This document shows, piece by piece, positions 1 to 13,375 of a DNA stretch of 64,000 bases. The stretch's first letter is position 1. Each line of letters opens with the position of its first letter. A model generated the notes under the pieces. That model saw nothing but the letters and a program-made list of their open reading frames with translations, ran no database searches and was not told the DNA's origin. A program made the position numbers and the translations under genes. The stretch spans positions 164,858,001 through 164,922,000 of the forward strand of contig OX597815.1 of NCBI GenBank assembly GCA_951406725.2, read 5' to 3'. This stretch comes from Octopus vulgaris. Its lineage: Eukaryota.

Positions 1-1561
1 TTAGATATGTTGTTCTGCATTCTAAAATATTATGGCTGTAAGAGCAAGTCTCATTATTTGTGTAATGGATATAAAGTTGTTGAAAAGTTATTGTAATATC
101 TTGCATTTCTTTTGCTTCATTGAATTAAATTGTACCAGAAGACAAGAAAATAGCACACATTTTAAATTGTCATATTACACTGACTTGCAACTGTTCGAGA
201 GGAACCTAAAGCCACATCGATATTATCAGTTTTGGAGGACCTGCAAAGCTGTTGGGTTCAGCCTCTTTCTTTGAACTGATTAAAAAAACAAACAAAACAG
301 TATGATAGGTTTGTGGTCTGGTCCTAAATGACACTAAAACATTTGTATATCTCATGTACTAGGATATTAGCTTGTCTTGAAGAGTTTCATCAGTTACCTC
401 TTGTGTCTGCTCAAACCAAGATTACAAAGTCTATTGCAATAAGCCTTTCTACTATAAGCACAAGGCCTGAAATTTTGTGGGGACAGGGTGAGCCAATTAC
501 ATCAATTCCCAGTGCTCAAAAATACAATACAATACAATACAAAAATAAATACACATCATTGTTCTTGTCTGCCTTTGTTTTACATTGTTTTACTATACCA
601 GCATTGCTTCTTGCAGTCATTGCAATCTTTATCATCTTCTATTAGTTCCAGTTCTGGCAGAATAATTAGCTTTGCGACATTTTATCTGTGTTTTATGTTC
701 TGAATGCAACTTTCACTGAGGCTTTACTTTGGCTTTCATCCTTTCAGGGTCAATACAATAAGTACCAGTTGAGCAATGGGGTCGATGTAATTGACTTAAC
801 CCCTCTCCTGGTCTCGTGTCAAAATTTGAAACTGATCATCATCATCATCTCTTTAACGTCCGCTTTCCATGCTAGCATGGGTTGGACAATTTGACTGAGG
901 GCTGGCGAACCAGATGGCTGCACCAGGCTCCAATCTTGATCTGGCAGAGTTTCTATAGCTGGATGCCCTTCCTAACGCCAACCACTCCGAGAGTGTAGTG
1001 GGTGCTTTTACATGCCACTGGCAACGGCCACGAAAAAATGGTTTATTTTTTTTTATGTGTCACCTGCACACTGGCACAAGTGCCAGTAAGGTGACGTTGG
1101 TAATGATCACACTCAATCATTTTACGTGCCACTGATACAAACGCCAGTTAGCTGCTCTGGCAACGATCACGCTCGGATGGTGCTCTTAGCGCTCCACTAG
1201 CATGGATGCCAATCATCGAATTTGATTTCGAAAAACTGATATTAGGTTATATTGGATAAAGGAAAATTTTGAAAAACCCATAATAAGTGTCTGATTCACC
1301 TGTAATCTTAAGTTATAGTAAATAAAAGATATTAGTGAGTTATTTTTTTTTCTGATAGCTTTGTTGTTGTGATTTGATTATATAGTTGTGTCTTTCTTGT
1401 TTGTTTCTTTCTTTCTTCCTTCCTTTCCTTCCCTCCTTCCTTCATTCCTTTTCCTTTTTGTCCCCCCTCTCTCTCCCTCCCCCTGTTCACCCCTCACTGT
1501 TGTACATACATATGTATGTATTTCAATTGATAATTTTCAATGATAATTTTATTTCTTTTAG

Positions 1562-1690
1562 ATCCCCGTCTGCTGGGAAACTACTTTCATATAAAGTAGA
1601 AGACGGAGGACATCTTTTCAGTGAGGAGGCATATGCTGAAATGGAAGTTATGAAAATGAATCTTACTCTTAAAATTCCAGAAAGTGGTTG
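1562..1690 (+). CDS. ACC: ACC exon, biotin carboxyl carrier domain (biotin Lys codon 1653-1655)
   Basis: [17 protein letters not shown]...AEMEVMKM; tttag acceptor, gtaagt donor. Confidence 0.95.
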
Positions 1691-2405
1691 GTAAGTCAAT
1701 TTATCCTTCTAATTAATTAATTATCTTTTATCTCTTACTTGTTTCAGTTATTGGACTGCAGCCATTAAGGGGCACCACTTTGAAGTCTTTAGTCAAACAA
1801 ATCGAACCTAGTACTCTTTTTTTTTTTATGCATGGTACCTATTCTATCAGTTTCTTTTTCCTGAACTGCTCAGTTACAGGAATATAAACAAACCAACACC
1901 AGTTATCAAGCAATGGGGTTGAAAAACAGACTCACATGCTCACATACATACTCTCTTCCTGCCTGTTTCTGTCTGTCTGTCTTTCTCTCTCACACACACA
2001 TGCACACACACATTTATATTATAGCTCCTATGTGCATTTCATTATTAGTTACTTAACAACTATGCAGGAAGCAGACTGAATTACGATAACCTATATAGAT
2101 CTCTAAGCATAACAGTAGCAGTCTTACATCTATTTGTACACACAATTTCTACTATACATACACATGTGCACAAATAGGTTTCCACACAGTTTCCGTCTAC
2201 CAAATTCACTCACAAGACTTTGGTTGATCCAGGGTTAGAGTAGAAAATATTTGCCCAAAGGTGCTGTACAGTGGGACTGAATCCGAGACAATGTGGTTGC
2301 ATGGGAAGCTTCAGGCTCAGTCCCACTGCATAGGCTCAGGCTGAATAAAGCCTTGTGAGTGGATTTGGTTGACAGAAACTGAAAAAAGCCCAGCATGTGT
2401 GTGTG

Positions 2406-2442
<37 letters not shown>

Positions 2443-3043
2443 GAGAATATATTAGAATAATCATAGTAGAAGTATTATACAATATTGTATAATACTTTTG
2501 CTATGATGATTCTAATATATTCTTTAGTTGTGCAAAACAGATCTGTATTTTTTCATCTTTTCTCTTTCCTTGTATATTCAACCATGCAGAATTAATAACC
2601 ATACTTTCTGTCTCTCTCCCTCACAAACACACACACACACACACATGCATGTCATCCATTTAATGTCTGTCTTTTATGCTGGCATGGTTGGATGGTTTAA
2701 CAGGGGCTGGTAAACCAGAAGGCTGCATCAAGCTCCAGTGTCTACTTTGGCATGGTTTTTGCAGCTGGGTGCTCTTCCTAACCGAGACATTGCATTATTG
2801 TTGTAAATGAATGTTTTATAATATTCTGCAAAGACATGCCAGGTATGTTTTTACAGAATAATATATATATTACCTTGCTCGGAAACAGGTGAAGGTTGGC
2901 AATAGGAATAGCATTTGGCCATAGAAAATCTGCCTCAACCAATTCTGTCTGATCCATTGCAAGCATGAAAAAGCGGACATTAATTGATAATGATGTTGAT
3001 GTTTTACATATTATGATTGATATTTTGTTGTTTATATTTCCAG

Positions 3044-3134
3044 CATTTATTATAAAAAACGCCCTGGAGCTCTACTTGAGCCTGGTGTAACCATTGCTAC
3101 CTTAGATTTAGATGACCCAAGTAGAACACAACAG
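3044..3134 (+). CDS. ACC: ACC exon
   Basis: IYYKKRPGALLEPGVTIATLDLDDPSRTQQ; ccag/gtaaaa. Confidence 0.93.
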
Positions 3135-3240
3135 GTAAAATTTTCTTTTTATTTACACCTTCAGCTTTGATTATATTTATATTTTTTCTAATGTTTGAAA
3201 TTTTTCCTAATTGGAATTTTAAACGTTTTGTTTTTTGTAG

Positions 3241-3456
3241 GCGGAACTTTATGATGGTAGCTTACCATACAACAGCAATCAATCAACAAGTGGTAACAAG
3301 CTGCATCAAGTGTTTACAAGTATCAAAGCTGAACTGGAGAACATTTTAGCAGGCTATGTCTTGCCAAGTCCATATTTTAGTGAACGCCTCAAGGAATCTG
3401 TCCAAACACTAATGAAATGTTTACGAGACCCTAATCTGCCTTTGCTTGAACTCCAG
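3241..3456 (+). CDS. ACC: ACC exon
   Basis: AELYDGSLP...LRDPNLPLLELQ; gtag/gtaaag. Confidence 0.93.
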
Positions 3457-3565
3457 GTAAAGAAAATATTTTAATCTTGTTATAGTAATGGGCGTATGGC
3501 ATGGCATAGTGGTTAAGAGTGCAGGCTATTAACCCCAAGATTTCGAGTTCGATTCCAGGTAGCGA

Positions 3566-3604
<39 letters not shown>

Positions 3605-3750
3605 TAACAGCTACTACTTCTTCAGGAATGAGAACCCAGGTTCGAAATTTCCCCAAGGCACCTGAAGAAGGCTGGAGGGTGTATCAGCCGAAACATTGTG
3701 TTAACAACAAACAAGATGAGGACAAATATCCGTCAAATGTAAATAATGTA

Positions 3751-5035
3751 CGAGGGGCGTTCAATAAGTCATGCCCCTGACCCACTTCCCATAGCAGTAG
3801 AGCAACGAAACTTGGCACAGTTATTAGTCTTTTTCTACCTAGAAACCACCCAGAGTTACGCATTTCTCCCATTGATGCAGCTCTGGAGACCATTTTTGTA
3901 GAAGACCCCAGCTTGGTCCTCCAACCACGACGTGACTTCAGAAATCAAGGCTGCATCATCTGGGAAACGCTTTCCTTTCAAAAACAACTTCATGGCTGGG
4001 AAGAGGTGAAAATCCGAGGGTGCAAGGTCAAGAGAGTAGGGGCATGGGGGAGGAGTTCATAGCCGCATGCCTGTGCTTCTGATCTGGCGACCATCGATTT
4101 GTGGACCGGAGCGCTGTCCTGCAGGAGGAGGATGCCTTTGCTGATCTTGCCCCGCCTCTTGATTTTGATAGCTTCTCTTAATTTCATCAAAAGTGAAGCA
4201 TAATAGTCTCCTGTAATTGTGGTACCCTTTGCCAGTAAATCTGTCATCACTACTCCATCCTGGTCCCAGAAGACTGTGAGCATGACCTTGCTAGCTGAGG
4301 GCTGCACCCTTGCCTTCTTTGGAGGAGGTGAGTCACGGTGCTTCCACTGCATTGACTGGGCTTTTGTCTCTGGATCATAGTGATGGACCCAGGTTTCATC
4401 CTGTGTAATCAGTCTTTTGAAAAATTTTGACTCATCTTCTTGGCACATCTCCAAATTCGTCCTCGAGCACTCGACGCGTTCTTGCTTCCGGAAAGGTGTG
4501 AGCAACCTGGGAATCCATATGGCAGACACCTTTTGCATACGCAAATGGTCATGAATGATTGGTTTCCACAGACCCGGTACTAATCTTGACCTCATGGGCT
4601 ATTTGGCGAATAGTTATGCGTCGATCTTCCAAAATGACAGCCTGAACTTGATGGACAGATGCCTCATCAATAGCAGTAGGGGGCGACCAGATCTGGGAGC
4701 TGTTTCCACAGAGTTCCGACCATGTTTGAATTCACAATGCCAGCGTTTTACAAGGTCATATGATGGGGCATCATCACCATAAGTTACTTTCATTTCATCA
4801 AAAGTCTCCCGTGGTGTGCGTCCTTTCAAATATGAAAAGCAGATCACTGCCCGACACTCAACAGGCTCCATTTCACACTTGACTCAGTTCAAACACCTGT
4901 AAATCAGAAACCACAAATAGTTCAGAGCTGTAATTTACCACTTCATCTATGGAGATATGAATAATTGCACATGCAAAATTTCAGCTAGATCAAACTGCAA
5001 GTGGGTCAGAAGCATTACTTATTGAACACCCCTCG
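3751..5035 (-). mobile_element. Full-length mariner DNA transposon (1285 bp)
   Basis: TIRs CGAGGGGYGTTCAATAAGT, TA duplications at 3749-3750 and 5036-5037. Confidence 0.93.
3835..4871 (-). pseudogene. Frameshifted mariner transposase
   Basis: Split over ORFs 4614-4871 and 3990-4595; WIPRLLT, ITQDETWVHHYDP, QDSAPVH; the YSPDLAP region is out of frame; 3' end approximate. Confidence 0.88.
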
Positions 5036-5427
5036 TACATAATGCCTCATCTCTTAAATATAGAATTGAAATATTTTATTATTTACTATAAAATTTGGAC
5101 GGAATTAACAATTGATTTGCAAATAAATTCTAGGTGTAATAGTCTTAGCCAAGATCTCTATAAAGTAAAATGGCTCTATAGTGAATCCTATTGTTTAATC
5201 ATTCAAAATATTTTCTTTTTCTCATGACGTATATCTCTAATTTTTATCAATGGCAACTGTAACTATTTTACAATAATCAAGGTTTATAAAATTACAAAAT
5301 AGAGATCAGTTACCAGCTCTTTTCATTATATATTACAACAAAACAAAACCCAGTCTAATTTTTCTGAAGAATTACTAAAACAAGTGCAAGTTTATAGATT
5401 GATATACATATATTTTTCTTTTTGTAG

Positions 5428-5547
5428 GACCTCATCTCTATGAGTGCTGGAAGAGTGGCACCACATGTAGAAAAATCAATTCGTAAATTAATAACATCAT
5501 ATGCTAAAAACATAACATCAGTTCTCTCCCAGTTTCCAAGCCAAGAT
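5428..5547 (+). CDS. ACC: ACC exon
   Basis: DLISMSAGRV...NITSVLSQFPSQD; gtag/gtgagt. Confidence 0.93.
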
Positions 5548-6155
5548 GTGAGTACATACAGTTGAAACATTTTCTCAAATTTTGTATACTTTCCTTGGGT
5601 CTATTTTTTACCATTCAATGTATAATATTTCATTTTATCAGTTTGTTTAATGTTTCAAAAGCAGAGGATAATAGACCATAGTTTTAGAAAAAAATTGTCC
5701 TTAATTTGGTTTGTGCATTATACATGAGTATGTAATTTTCACAAATAAATATGGTACACTAGAAACCACTTGAGTTTTTAGGAAATGGAAAACAGCAGCA
5801 GAATTAAGTTCTCTATAAATCCTCTTCAAAATGAAGTAAAGCAGAGCAGGATCTACTCCTTCTTTGATGAAACTCATTAAAAACTAATCATTTTAGGAGG
5901 ACTAACAATGAAATAAAATAAATATTGTATAAAATATACATGGTCTTTATTAGTTGCCATATAAAGTTAGTTCAAGAAACATCAGAATATATGAGAAAAA
6001 CTTGAAGTTCAGCTGAAGCTAACTTATCTCGACCTTAACTTTGCTGTGATTTTGTGGAATATTTTATCTAATATGTAGAAGTGAAATGATTGTTAAATAC
6101 TTTCCAAATGTCATATTTTTTGTAATTTGCAATTTTAATTAATTTCAATTACCAG

Positions 6156-6256
6156 ATTGCTCATGTGATTGACAGTCATGCAGCCACACTGAACCGACGA
6201 GCTGAAAGAGAGGTGTTTTTTATGACCACCCAAGGAATTGTGCAGCTTGTGCAGAG
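6156..6256 (+). CDS. ACC: ACC exon
   Basis: [34 protein letters not shown]; ccag/gtttgt. Confidence 0.93.
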
Positions 6257-6421
6257 GTTTGTATTAAAAAAAAATATCAATACAGATGTTAATATTTTGT
6301 ACAAAAAAAAATCATCATCATCATTTAATGTCCATCTTCTGTGCATACGAAAAAAATGTATAAATTATATATGAGTGATATCTTCATTCATGAAGGCTAA
6401 TATTTATTTTAATCATTGCAG

Positions 6422-6510
6422 ATATCGAAATGGTATCCGAGGCCACATGAAGTCAGTTGTTCGTGATCTTTTGAAATGTTATGTTCAAGTTGAAGCTCAG
6501 TTTCAGCATG
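6422..6510 (+). CDS. ACC: ACC exon
   Basis: [17 protein letters not shown]...QFQH; gcag/gtaatt. Confidence 0.93.
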
Positions 6511-6568
6511 GTAATTGCTATGTTTTGGCATTGATTTCAAATTAAAAAAATTTTTTTTCTACTTTTAA

Positions 6569-6788
6569 CCTTTTAGCATTTAAATGAGCCATATCCAACC
6601 AAAATATTCTACTTGTTTTATGTTCACATTGGCCATATCTGGCCTCTCACAACAACCCTGCAATATAATTTAAAAAATTAACAGTTACCTCATCAAAATC
6701 TCAAAGCTTCAAGCTAATGCAGGATTAATTCAAAACTTTGTGAAGAAATAAGCATTACTTTCAACTGAACAATGTGAATGCCAAAGGG
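6569..6788. mobile_element. piggyBac-type MITE family A (others at 10796-11206, 62540-62755; degraded near 37975-38160 and 53560-53745)
   Basis: TTAA flanks, CCYTTTAGCATT...AATGCYAAAGGG termini. Confidence 0.8.
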
Positions 6789-7168
6789 TTAAAGTGTATT
6801 TAATTTATATATGGACAGGCATGGCTGTATGTGTACATATGTGTGTTTGTACCTCTTTATTTATACAATTGTAAATGAGTGCCATTGTTATACAAGTGAT
6901 ATCATTCATTTCTGGTCTTTGTGAAACTAGCTGATCATGGGGAAATATTACATTGCTTGGAAGTGAGGGTATGTGACAGGAAGACAACAAACTTCGGTGC
7001 CTGTATTCTCAGTGCATTTTCATGCAAAGTACATAGGATGTAAACATTCTCACAAGAACGCATGCACACACACACACACACCAAGCTTTGTACAATTTCC
7101 ATGTCCCAGATTGACTCACAAAGCATTGGGGCTATATATATACACACACACACACACCACACGCACAC

Positions 7169-7216
<48 letters not shown>

Positions 7217-8395
7217 GTGATTCCTGGTCAATAGTGTCACTTGGGCTCATCGCAGATTTCGCATAAGACACATGCCTGCTTGAAGCATTTCACATTTTCC
7301 TGCAGTATTTCTAGCCCCAAATGGCTTATTTTTTATATCTAGCACTATGTCTTTCTCCAGTTCTAAGTTACGGGTAAAAATAAAGCAGCCCTGCAAAACA
7401 CAACTGATCTTTACACACAGATGCATGGAATAACAGCTATCAAATAATGACAGCAGAGTGCACATCAAACATCAGCAATCTTATTGTCGCCTGTACTCTT
7501 GACAAGAGATGCCAGTTAGTCTTTTACACCTACCACAGGCTTGTACATATTAGCCTGAGTTACTGGAAAATTTTTTGTTCCTTTAAGAATATTGTAGAAT
7601 GGAAACTTTCTATGGATTGGAATTTAAATCCTGATTTCTATAGAAATTTATTGTTTCAAGAAAACATTGAATTTGAATTACTTTTAAATTTTATGATTAT
7701 AGGTAACAACTTGGGCTGTATCTTCTGAGCCTGAGTCAGGCACGTGTGAACGATTTCCAGAGAACATCTGCTTTGAATGATATTTTTTAACACAGGGCAC
7801 TTCTAAGACACTGCCAGATGCTGAACAAAAATAAATGAACTGTGACCAGGCTCAATAAAAGGAGTGCTAAGAGCTCAATAATGGAGTGATAAGAGCACCA
7901 TCCGAGTGTGATCGTTGCCAGGGCCACTGACTGGCTCCCGTGCTGATGGCATGTAAAAAGCACCATTCGAGCATCATCGTTACCAGTGTTGCCTTACTGC
8001 CACTTGGGCCAGTGGCATGTTAAAAACAATATTTGAGCAAGGACTGGCTCCTGTGCAGGTGGCACATAAAAACACAATTTGAGTGTGGCCGTTGCCAGTA
8101 CCGCCTGACTGGCCCTCATGCTGGTGGCACGTAAATACACCCACTACACTCTCGGAGTGGCTGGCCTTAGGAAGGGTATCCAGCTGTAGAAACTCTGTCA
8201 GATCAGATCAGAGTCTGGTGCAGCCATCTGGCTCACCAGACCTCAGTCAAATCGTCCAACCCATGCCAGCATTGAAAGTGGACGTTAAATAATTATGACG
8301 ATATATTATTCCTTAAAATGTGCAGTCTTTCATTTCCATTGCTGTTATTAATTGTATGAACTAATTGCCTAATTAAGTCTTTGTTCACTTTGTAG

Positions 8396-8520
8396 GTCAC
8401 TATGATAAATGTGTTGCCCAAGTTCGAGAAAGACACAAGGATGACATGGGTGCAGTTACAGCCACAATTTTTTCTCATTCTGCAATTGCTGAAAAGAATG
8501 AACTGGTCATATTACTCATA
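8396..8520 (+). CDS. ACC: ACC exon
   Basis: HYDKCVAQVRE...IFSHSAIAEKNELVILLI; gtag/gtaagt. Confidence 0.93.
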
Positions 8521-8629
8521 GTAAGTAAAGTTGTGTCACACATAGGCTAGCTTGTACTCTTTCATTTCATTTGTGAAGTTTCAATGTATGAAGCATTTAC
8601 TTACCACTGGAAGCCAATATAATAATGAA

Positions 8630-8667
<38 letters not shown>

Positions 8668-9060
8668 AATTATTGTATACAGTGCTCAGGTGCACCACAA
8701 CTTGTTAAAAGTGCGTATAAAGCATATGCAGTGATGTACAAAAGTCTGGAAATTGAACAGTGTATGAGTCAGATACATGCTTGCGTGTGTATGGAGGGGA
8801 GAAAATCAGGTGTAGTGTTGGTGAATCTCAGGAAGCATGGAAGTTTTGAAGGATGAAGTGCTCCGACAACTAACAACTGATGCCGGTAGTTTGTTCCATA
8901 CTTTAGCAACTCTTAGTGTGAAAAATGTTTCCGAAAGTCATGGGAGCTGTGCTGTTTTCTGACTTTGTAAACATGTCCACAGGTGTTAGACAGGTGGAGT
9001 TTGAAAAGGTCCTCAGAGTTATTGTTAGTAAGATGGTTAATAATTTTATGAGTGTCTGCC
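8630..9060 (-). mobile_element. CR1/L2-type LINE 3' fragment, same family as 60914-61335
   Basis: Reverse complement closely matches 60920-61335; (AAT)n tail on the + strand. Confidence 0.8.
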
Positions 9061-10605
9061 ATATGATTTTGGCTATTTGTTTGTGGTGTTTTCTTATTTT
9101 ATTTTCCACTTATTTTGCTTTTTTTTTGTATTACATATTGCTAAACATTTCATATTCTATTAAAAAATCATAATATGACCAATCTCATTGTGTGTCAGCT
9201 TGGGCAAGTATATTCTACTAAGACCTCAAACTGACCAAAGTCTTGTGAGTGGATTTGGTAGTTGTCCAGAATGGACAACATTAAATGATGATGTCCAACT
9301 TCATGGATGTAGCATAATTGTGTGGTTAAGTAGTTTCCACAGCTACATGGGTTCAGGTTCAATCCCACCATGCTGTGCCTTGAGTAAATGTCTACGTAAC
9401 CTTGAAATGCATGAAGCTTTGTGAATGAAATTTGGTTTGCAAAAACTGATTGGAGTTCTGTCATTTGAACCAAGAGTGAGGATAGCTCAATGGATAGTTG
9501 AGAGGTCAATATCTTGTCTTTGGCATTGTATTGTGTCAGTGGATATGAAAGTTAACTTACAAAGTGGCCATTTCAGTTCATTGACTCCTGCAGAAAATAT
9601 TTTGAACTCCAGTTTAATGCCAACCAATTCTGTAATATTGTTAGAAAATTTTTGTGAAATGTTCCACAGGACTACCAAGAATCAGATGTGTTATGTCATT
9701 GATTTGATGCCCATGCAGACACAAATTTTCTTTACTGTGCTTATTCTGTATTGCTAAAAATTATATACAATTTTGATATTTGATAAATATTAGGGAATGT
9801 TTATCCTCAAGAGTTGTTTATTAGTAGATATCTTGGAAATCTGTGAGCTGGAAGAGAGTAAATAGCTTATTCTACTTGAGTTATGAGTTTGTAAGATGTG
9901 TCGAAAGGTTTAAAGACTTGAAATATATTTTTACCAAATGTTGGGTGAAGTGGATACAAGTCACTAAACACTACACTTTTTAAAACTATCAAAGCTTTGG
10001 AGGTAAATGATTCTGTAAAGCTTGATTTTTTTTTTCTTTATCGTTGCCAGAGCGGCTAATTGGCTTCTGTGCCGGTGGCATGTAAAAGGCACCATTCGAG
10101 CGTGATCGTTACCAGTGTCGCCTTACTGGCACCTGTGCTGGTGGCATGTGTAAAAAGATTTGAGTGAGGTTGTTGCCAGTACCGCCTGACTGGCCCCCGT
10201 GCTGGTGGCACGTAAAGGCACCCACTATACTCTTGGAGTGATTGGCGTTAGGAAGGGCATCCAGCTGTAGAAACTCTGCCAGATCAAGATTGAAGCCTGG
10301 TGCAGCCATTTGGTTTGCCAGCCCTCAGTCAAATCGTCCAACCCATGCTAGCATGGAAAGCGGACATTAAACGATGATGATGATGATATACTGAACTAAA
10401 GAGAGTGTTAATGCATTATATGTTAATACTCTAGTACTCTAGAATTTAGGTCTGCTTTTGAAAATTGATATTCTTATGGCTTACTGTGATCTTCAGCAGT
10501 TGCTGAATAACATGCAATGTACCTGTAAAAAGAAATAAATATTAAATATCAAATGAAATTTTTTTTAAAAAAAGAAAATTAACTGATAAAGTATGTTTCT
10601 TGCAG

Positions 10606-10719
10606 GAATACTTGTGTGGAAATGAATCTGGTCTCACTGATGACCTAGCACAGATTCTCAGTGAGTTGACCACTCTGAACAAAACTGAAAATGCCAAAGT
10701 AGCTCTCCGAGCACGACAG
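10606..10719 (+). CDS. ACC: ACC exon
   Basis: EYLCGNESGLTD...NAKVALRARQ; gcag/gtaagt. Confidence 0.93.
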
Positions 10720-10795
10720 GTAAGTTATCAATTTTATCATTTCTTTTTTATTAGTGGAGTTAAAAGTGGGTGGTGCAGGATCTTGGGCCATTAAA

Positions 10796-11206
10796 CCCTT
10801 TAGCATTTGTATTACTCTGTCAAATATAATGCTTGTTTATTCACATTGTTTTGAATTAATCATGCACTATCTTGTAGTTTTGAGATTTCAATGATGTATT
10901 TGTTTACTTTTAGAATGACATTGTAGGTTAGGTGTGATAGGTCAGATCATCTAGTTGGTTTGAACACAAAAGTGGTAGAGTATTTTAGCTGAATTTGGCC
11001 TTCAGATTACATTGTCAAACGTAATATTTATTTGCTTTGTTTTGAAGTGATCATGCACTGTCATATAGCCTTGAGATTTCAATGATGCGACTGTTTATTT
11101 TTAAAATGACATTGTAGAGTATATGTGAGAGGTCAGATCTGGTTGATCTGAAGATAAAACAGGTAGAGTATTTTAGCTGGATATGGCTGGCTTAAATGCT
11201 AAAGGG
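10796..11206. mobile_element. piggyBac-type MITE family A with internal duplication of about 200 bp
   Basis: CCCTTTAGCATT...AATGCTAAAGGG-TTAA; the body occurs twice. Confidence 0.75.
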
Positions 11207-11210
11207 TTAA

Positions 11211-11433
11211 CCCTTTTGTTACCGTATTTATTTTGAGATGCTCTGTGTTTCTTTCAATTAATTTTAAATATAACAAAGAATTTAATAAAATAACTTAGTT
11301 ACCATTAAGCTGGTGTTAGGAACATAAATTGTGACTAAGGTTTTGGTGGAGGATTTTAATTCAAAACTTATGAAAACAAGACATTTGTACTAGAGAGCCA
11401 GAGGCAGTTTCAGCAGGGTTGGTATCGAAAGGG
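11211..11433. mobile_element. piggyBac-type MITE family B (others at 26611-26831, 27209-27428)
   Basis: TTAA-CCCTTTTGTTACC...GGTATCGAAAGGG-TTAA. Confidence 0.85.
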
Positions 11434-11688
11434 TTAAGCCATTTCTCGTCACAATGTTTTGGATCATTTGGAAAGTAAGTGCTTGCATGAAATCAAGTGG
11501 GAAGGTTCTTGCAGTTAGTTAAGTGAGAAAATGAAATAATTATATGTTGTAGTTGTTGTCGAAATGCAGAACTTAGGGATTAGGAGTTGCAGTTATTCTA
11601 TAATAACCAAAATAGCTGAGACTGTACCATTTAGCTGCCAGGTTTTTTTGATTTATCAGTTAATCAATATTTGCCATTTCTTTTTAAG

Positions 11689-11802
11689 ATTCTGATTGCT
11701 GCACATCAGCCTGCCTTTGAACTGCGACATAATCAAATGGAATCAATCTTTCTGTCTGCTATTAATATATCTGGTCACGATTTCTGTCCTGAGAACCTTC
11801 AG
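11689..11802 (+). CDS. ACC: ACC exon
   Basis: [25 protein letters not shown]...FCPENLQ; taag/gtaact. Confidence 0.93.
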
Positions 11803-12014
11803 GTAACTGTGTTTTTTTTTTTTACCTTTCATTTATTTAAACATTGAGAATTTTTTTTGATCTCTTTTCTAGATTAAAACCATCAGTTTTCCGAAAATTG
11901 ATTATGCAGCTTTAGTTAAAATATTGCATCTTCAACTATATGTTTAATCATACACATTTTATATATATATTTGCTTAAGACTAAATTCTTTTCAGACAGT
12001 ATCTAATCATACAC

Positions 12015-12656
12015 ATTTAGGGACATCCTCATTGAGAAATTTGATGAGCGGGAGGAGAAGCTACAGACTTGTGACATAGAGGGCAAATGGAAATTCTTGC
12101 ATGACAGCTTACTGAGTGCCACAGACCAAATTTGTGGCTGGGGCAGAGTCCCGTCCAGACCTAGGGTAATGTGGTGGTGGAATAATACTGTAGACAGGGC
12201 CATTAGAGCAAAGAAAAAGGCCTGGAAAACCTGGAAGAGTGGGGGTAGCAGGGAACTGTATCAGATAACCAGAAGGGAGGCTAGGAGACTGGTATATATA
12301 GCCAAGGGAAAAGCAGAAAAGAAGTTTGCTAATGTTCAGCGACGTGAGGACCAAAGAACTGAAGTATTTCAGATCACAAGACAGTGTGTGAGAGAAAATT
12401 GTGATGTCATAGGAGAGAAATGTGTCTGCATGGATGATGGTGCACTTGCAGTTAATGATTCTGCAAAGAAAGAGGCTTGGAGATGCTATTATGAAAGACT
12501 GCTGAATGTGGAGAATGAATAGGAGGAGGAGAGCCTACCAAATGTTGACCCAATTGAGGGACCAGCTACCCGAATTGACAGTACCCTTGTAGATAAGGCA
12601 ATTAAGGATATGAAGACAGGGAAAGCCCATGGCCCATCAGGAATCACCGCTGAGAT
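12015..12656 (+). mobile_element. Internal RTE LINE fragment related to 49000-49640
   Basis: DSLLSATDQICGW...AWRCYYERLLNVENE, premature TAG at 12520-12522. Confidence 0.9.
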
Positions 12657-13220
12657 TTCTTTCTAGTTATTTCTTACTGTTTTTTTCTTACTTCTCATCC
12701 TCACTTTCTCATATACCTTCAATTGCTAGAAATTTCTTTTCCTTGTTGCTTATATAAGCAACAACTTCCTTCTGTTTTTCAGGATTCCAAAATTCAAAAA
12801 TGCATTGGAAGTTATCTTTTAGGTAGAAGAGTTTGTGTGAAAGTGTGTATTCGCCAAGATATTTTTGCACCACAATGAACTGTTTTGGCAAAATATATAT
12901 TTATTCTAAGAACATTTCAGTTTCTTTGACCAACATATTTTTCTCTAAAGGACATAAAAAATAATTATTAATGTCCGAAACTATGAGCAAAATACCTTGT
13001 GGTATTTGTTTTGGCTCTTTACATTCTGAGTTAATATCTCAGTGAGGTCAACATTACTTTTTACCGTCACCACCACCACCACCATTTTCATTATCATCTT
13101 TCAATTGTTTGTCTGAAATGCACTGTATGCATTTGTTGGCCATTAAAATAAACACACCAGATTGTTCATTTACAAAGTCATGTGATAGAGAAAAAGTGGG
13201 GGAAAAAGTAAACAAAGAAA

Positions 13221-13268
<48 letters not shown>
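13221..13268. repeat. (TAT)n microsatellite just upstream of an acceptor
   Basis: Direct reading, about 16 units. Confidence 0.95.
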
Positions 13269-13285
13269 CTTTTTCTTCTTCCTAG

Positions 13286-13375
13286 AAACTCATTAATTCT
13301 GAGACTGCTATTTATGATGTTTTGCAAGAATTCTTTTTCCATTCAAACTCATTGGTGAGAACAGCAGCTTTAGAG
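13286..13375 (+). CDS. ACC: ACC exon
   Basis: [30 protein letters not shown]; ctag/gtaagt. Confidence 0.93.

Larger units (their letters stand above)
3490..5065 (+). mobile_element. Same hammerhead-bearing element, interrupted by the mariner
   Basis: A box TAGTGG, B box GTTCGATTC, (AAT)n, body continues after 5035 as in copy 20262-20504. Confidence 0.8.

Noticed and set aside
3490-3570. Apparent tRNA genes here and at 28915 and 29256
   Set aside because: A/B boxes only, no acceptor stem; these are SINE heads.
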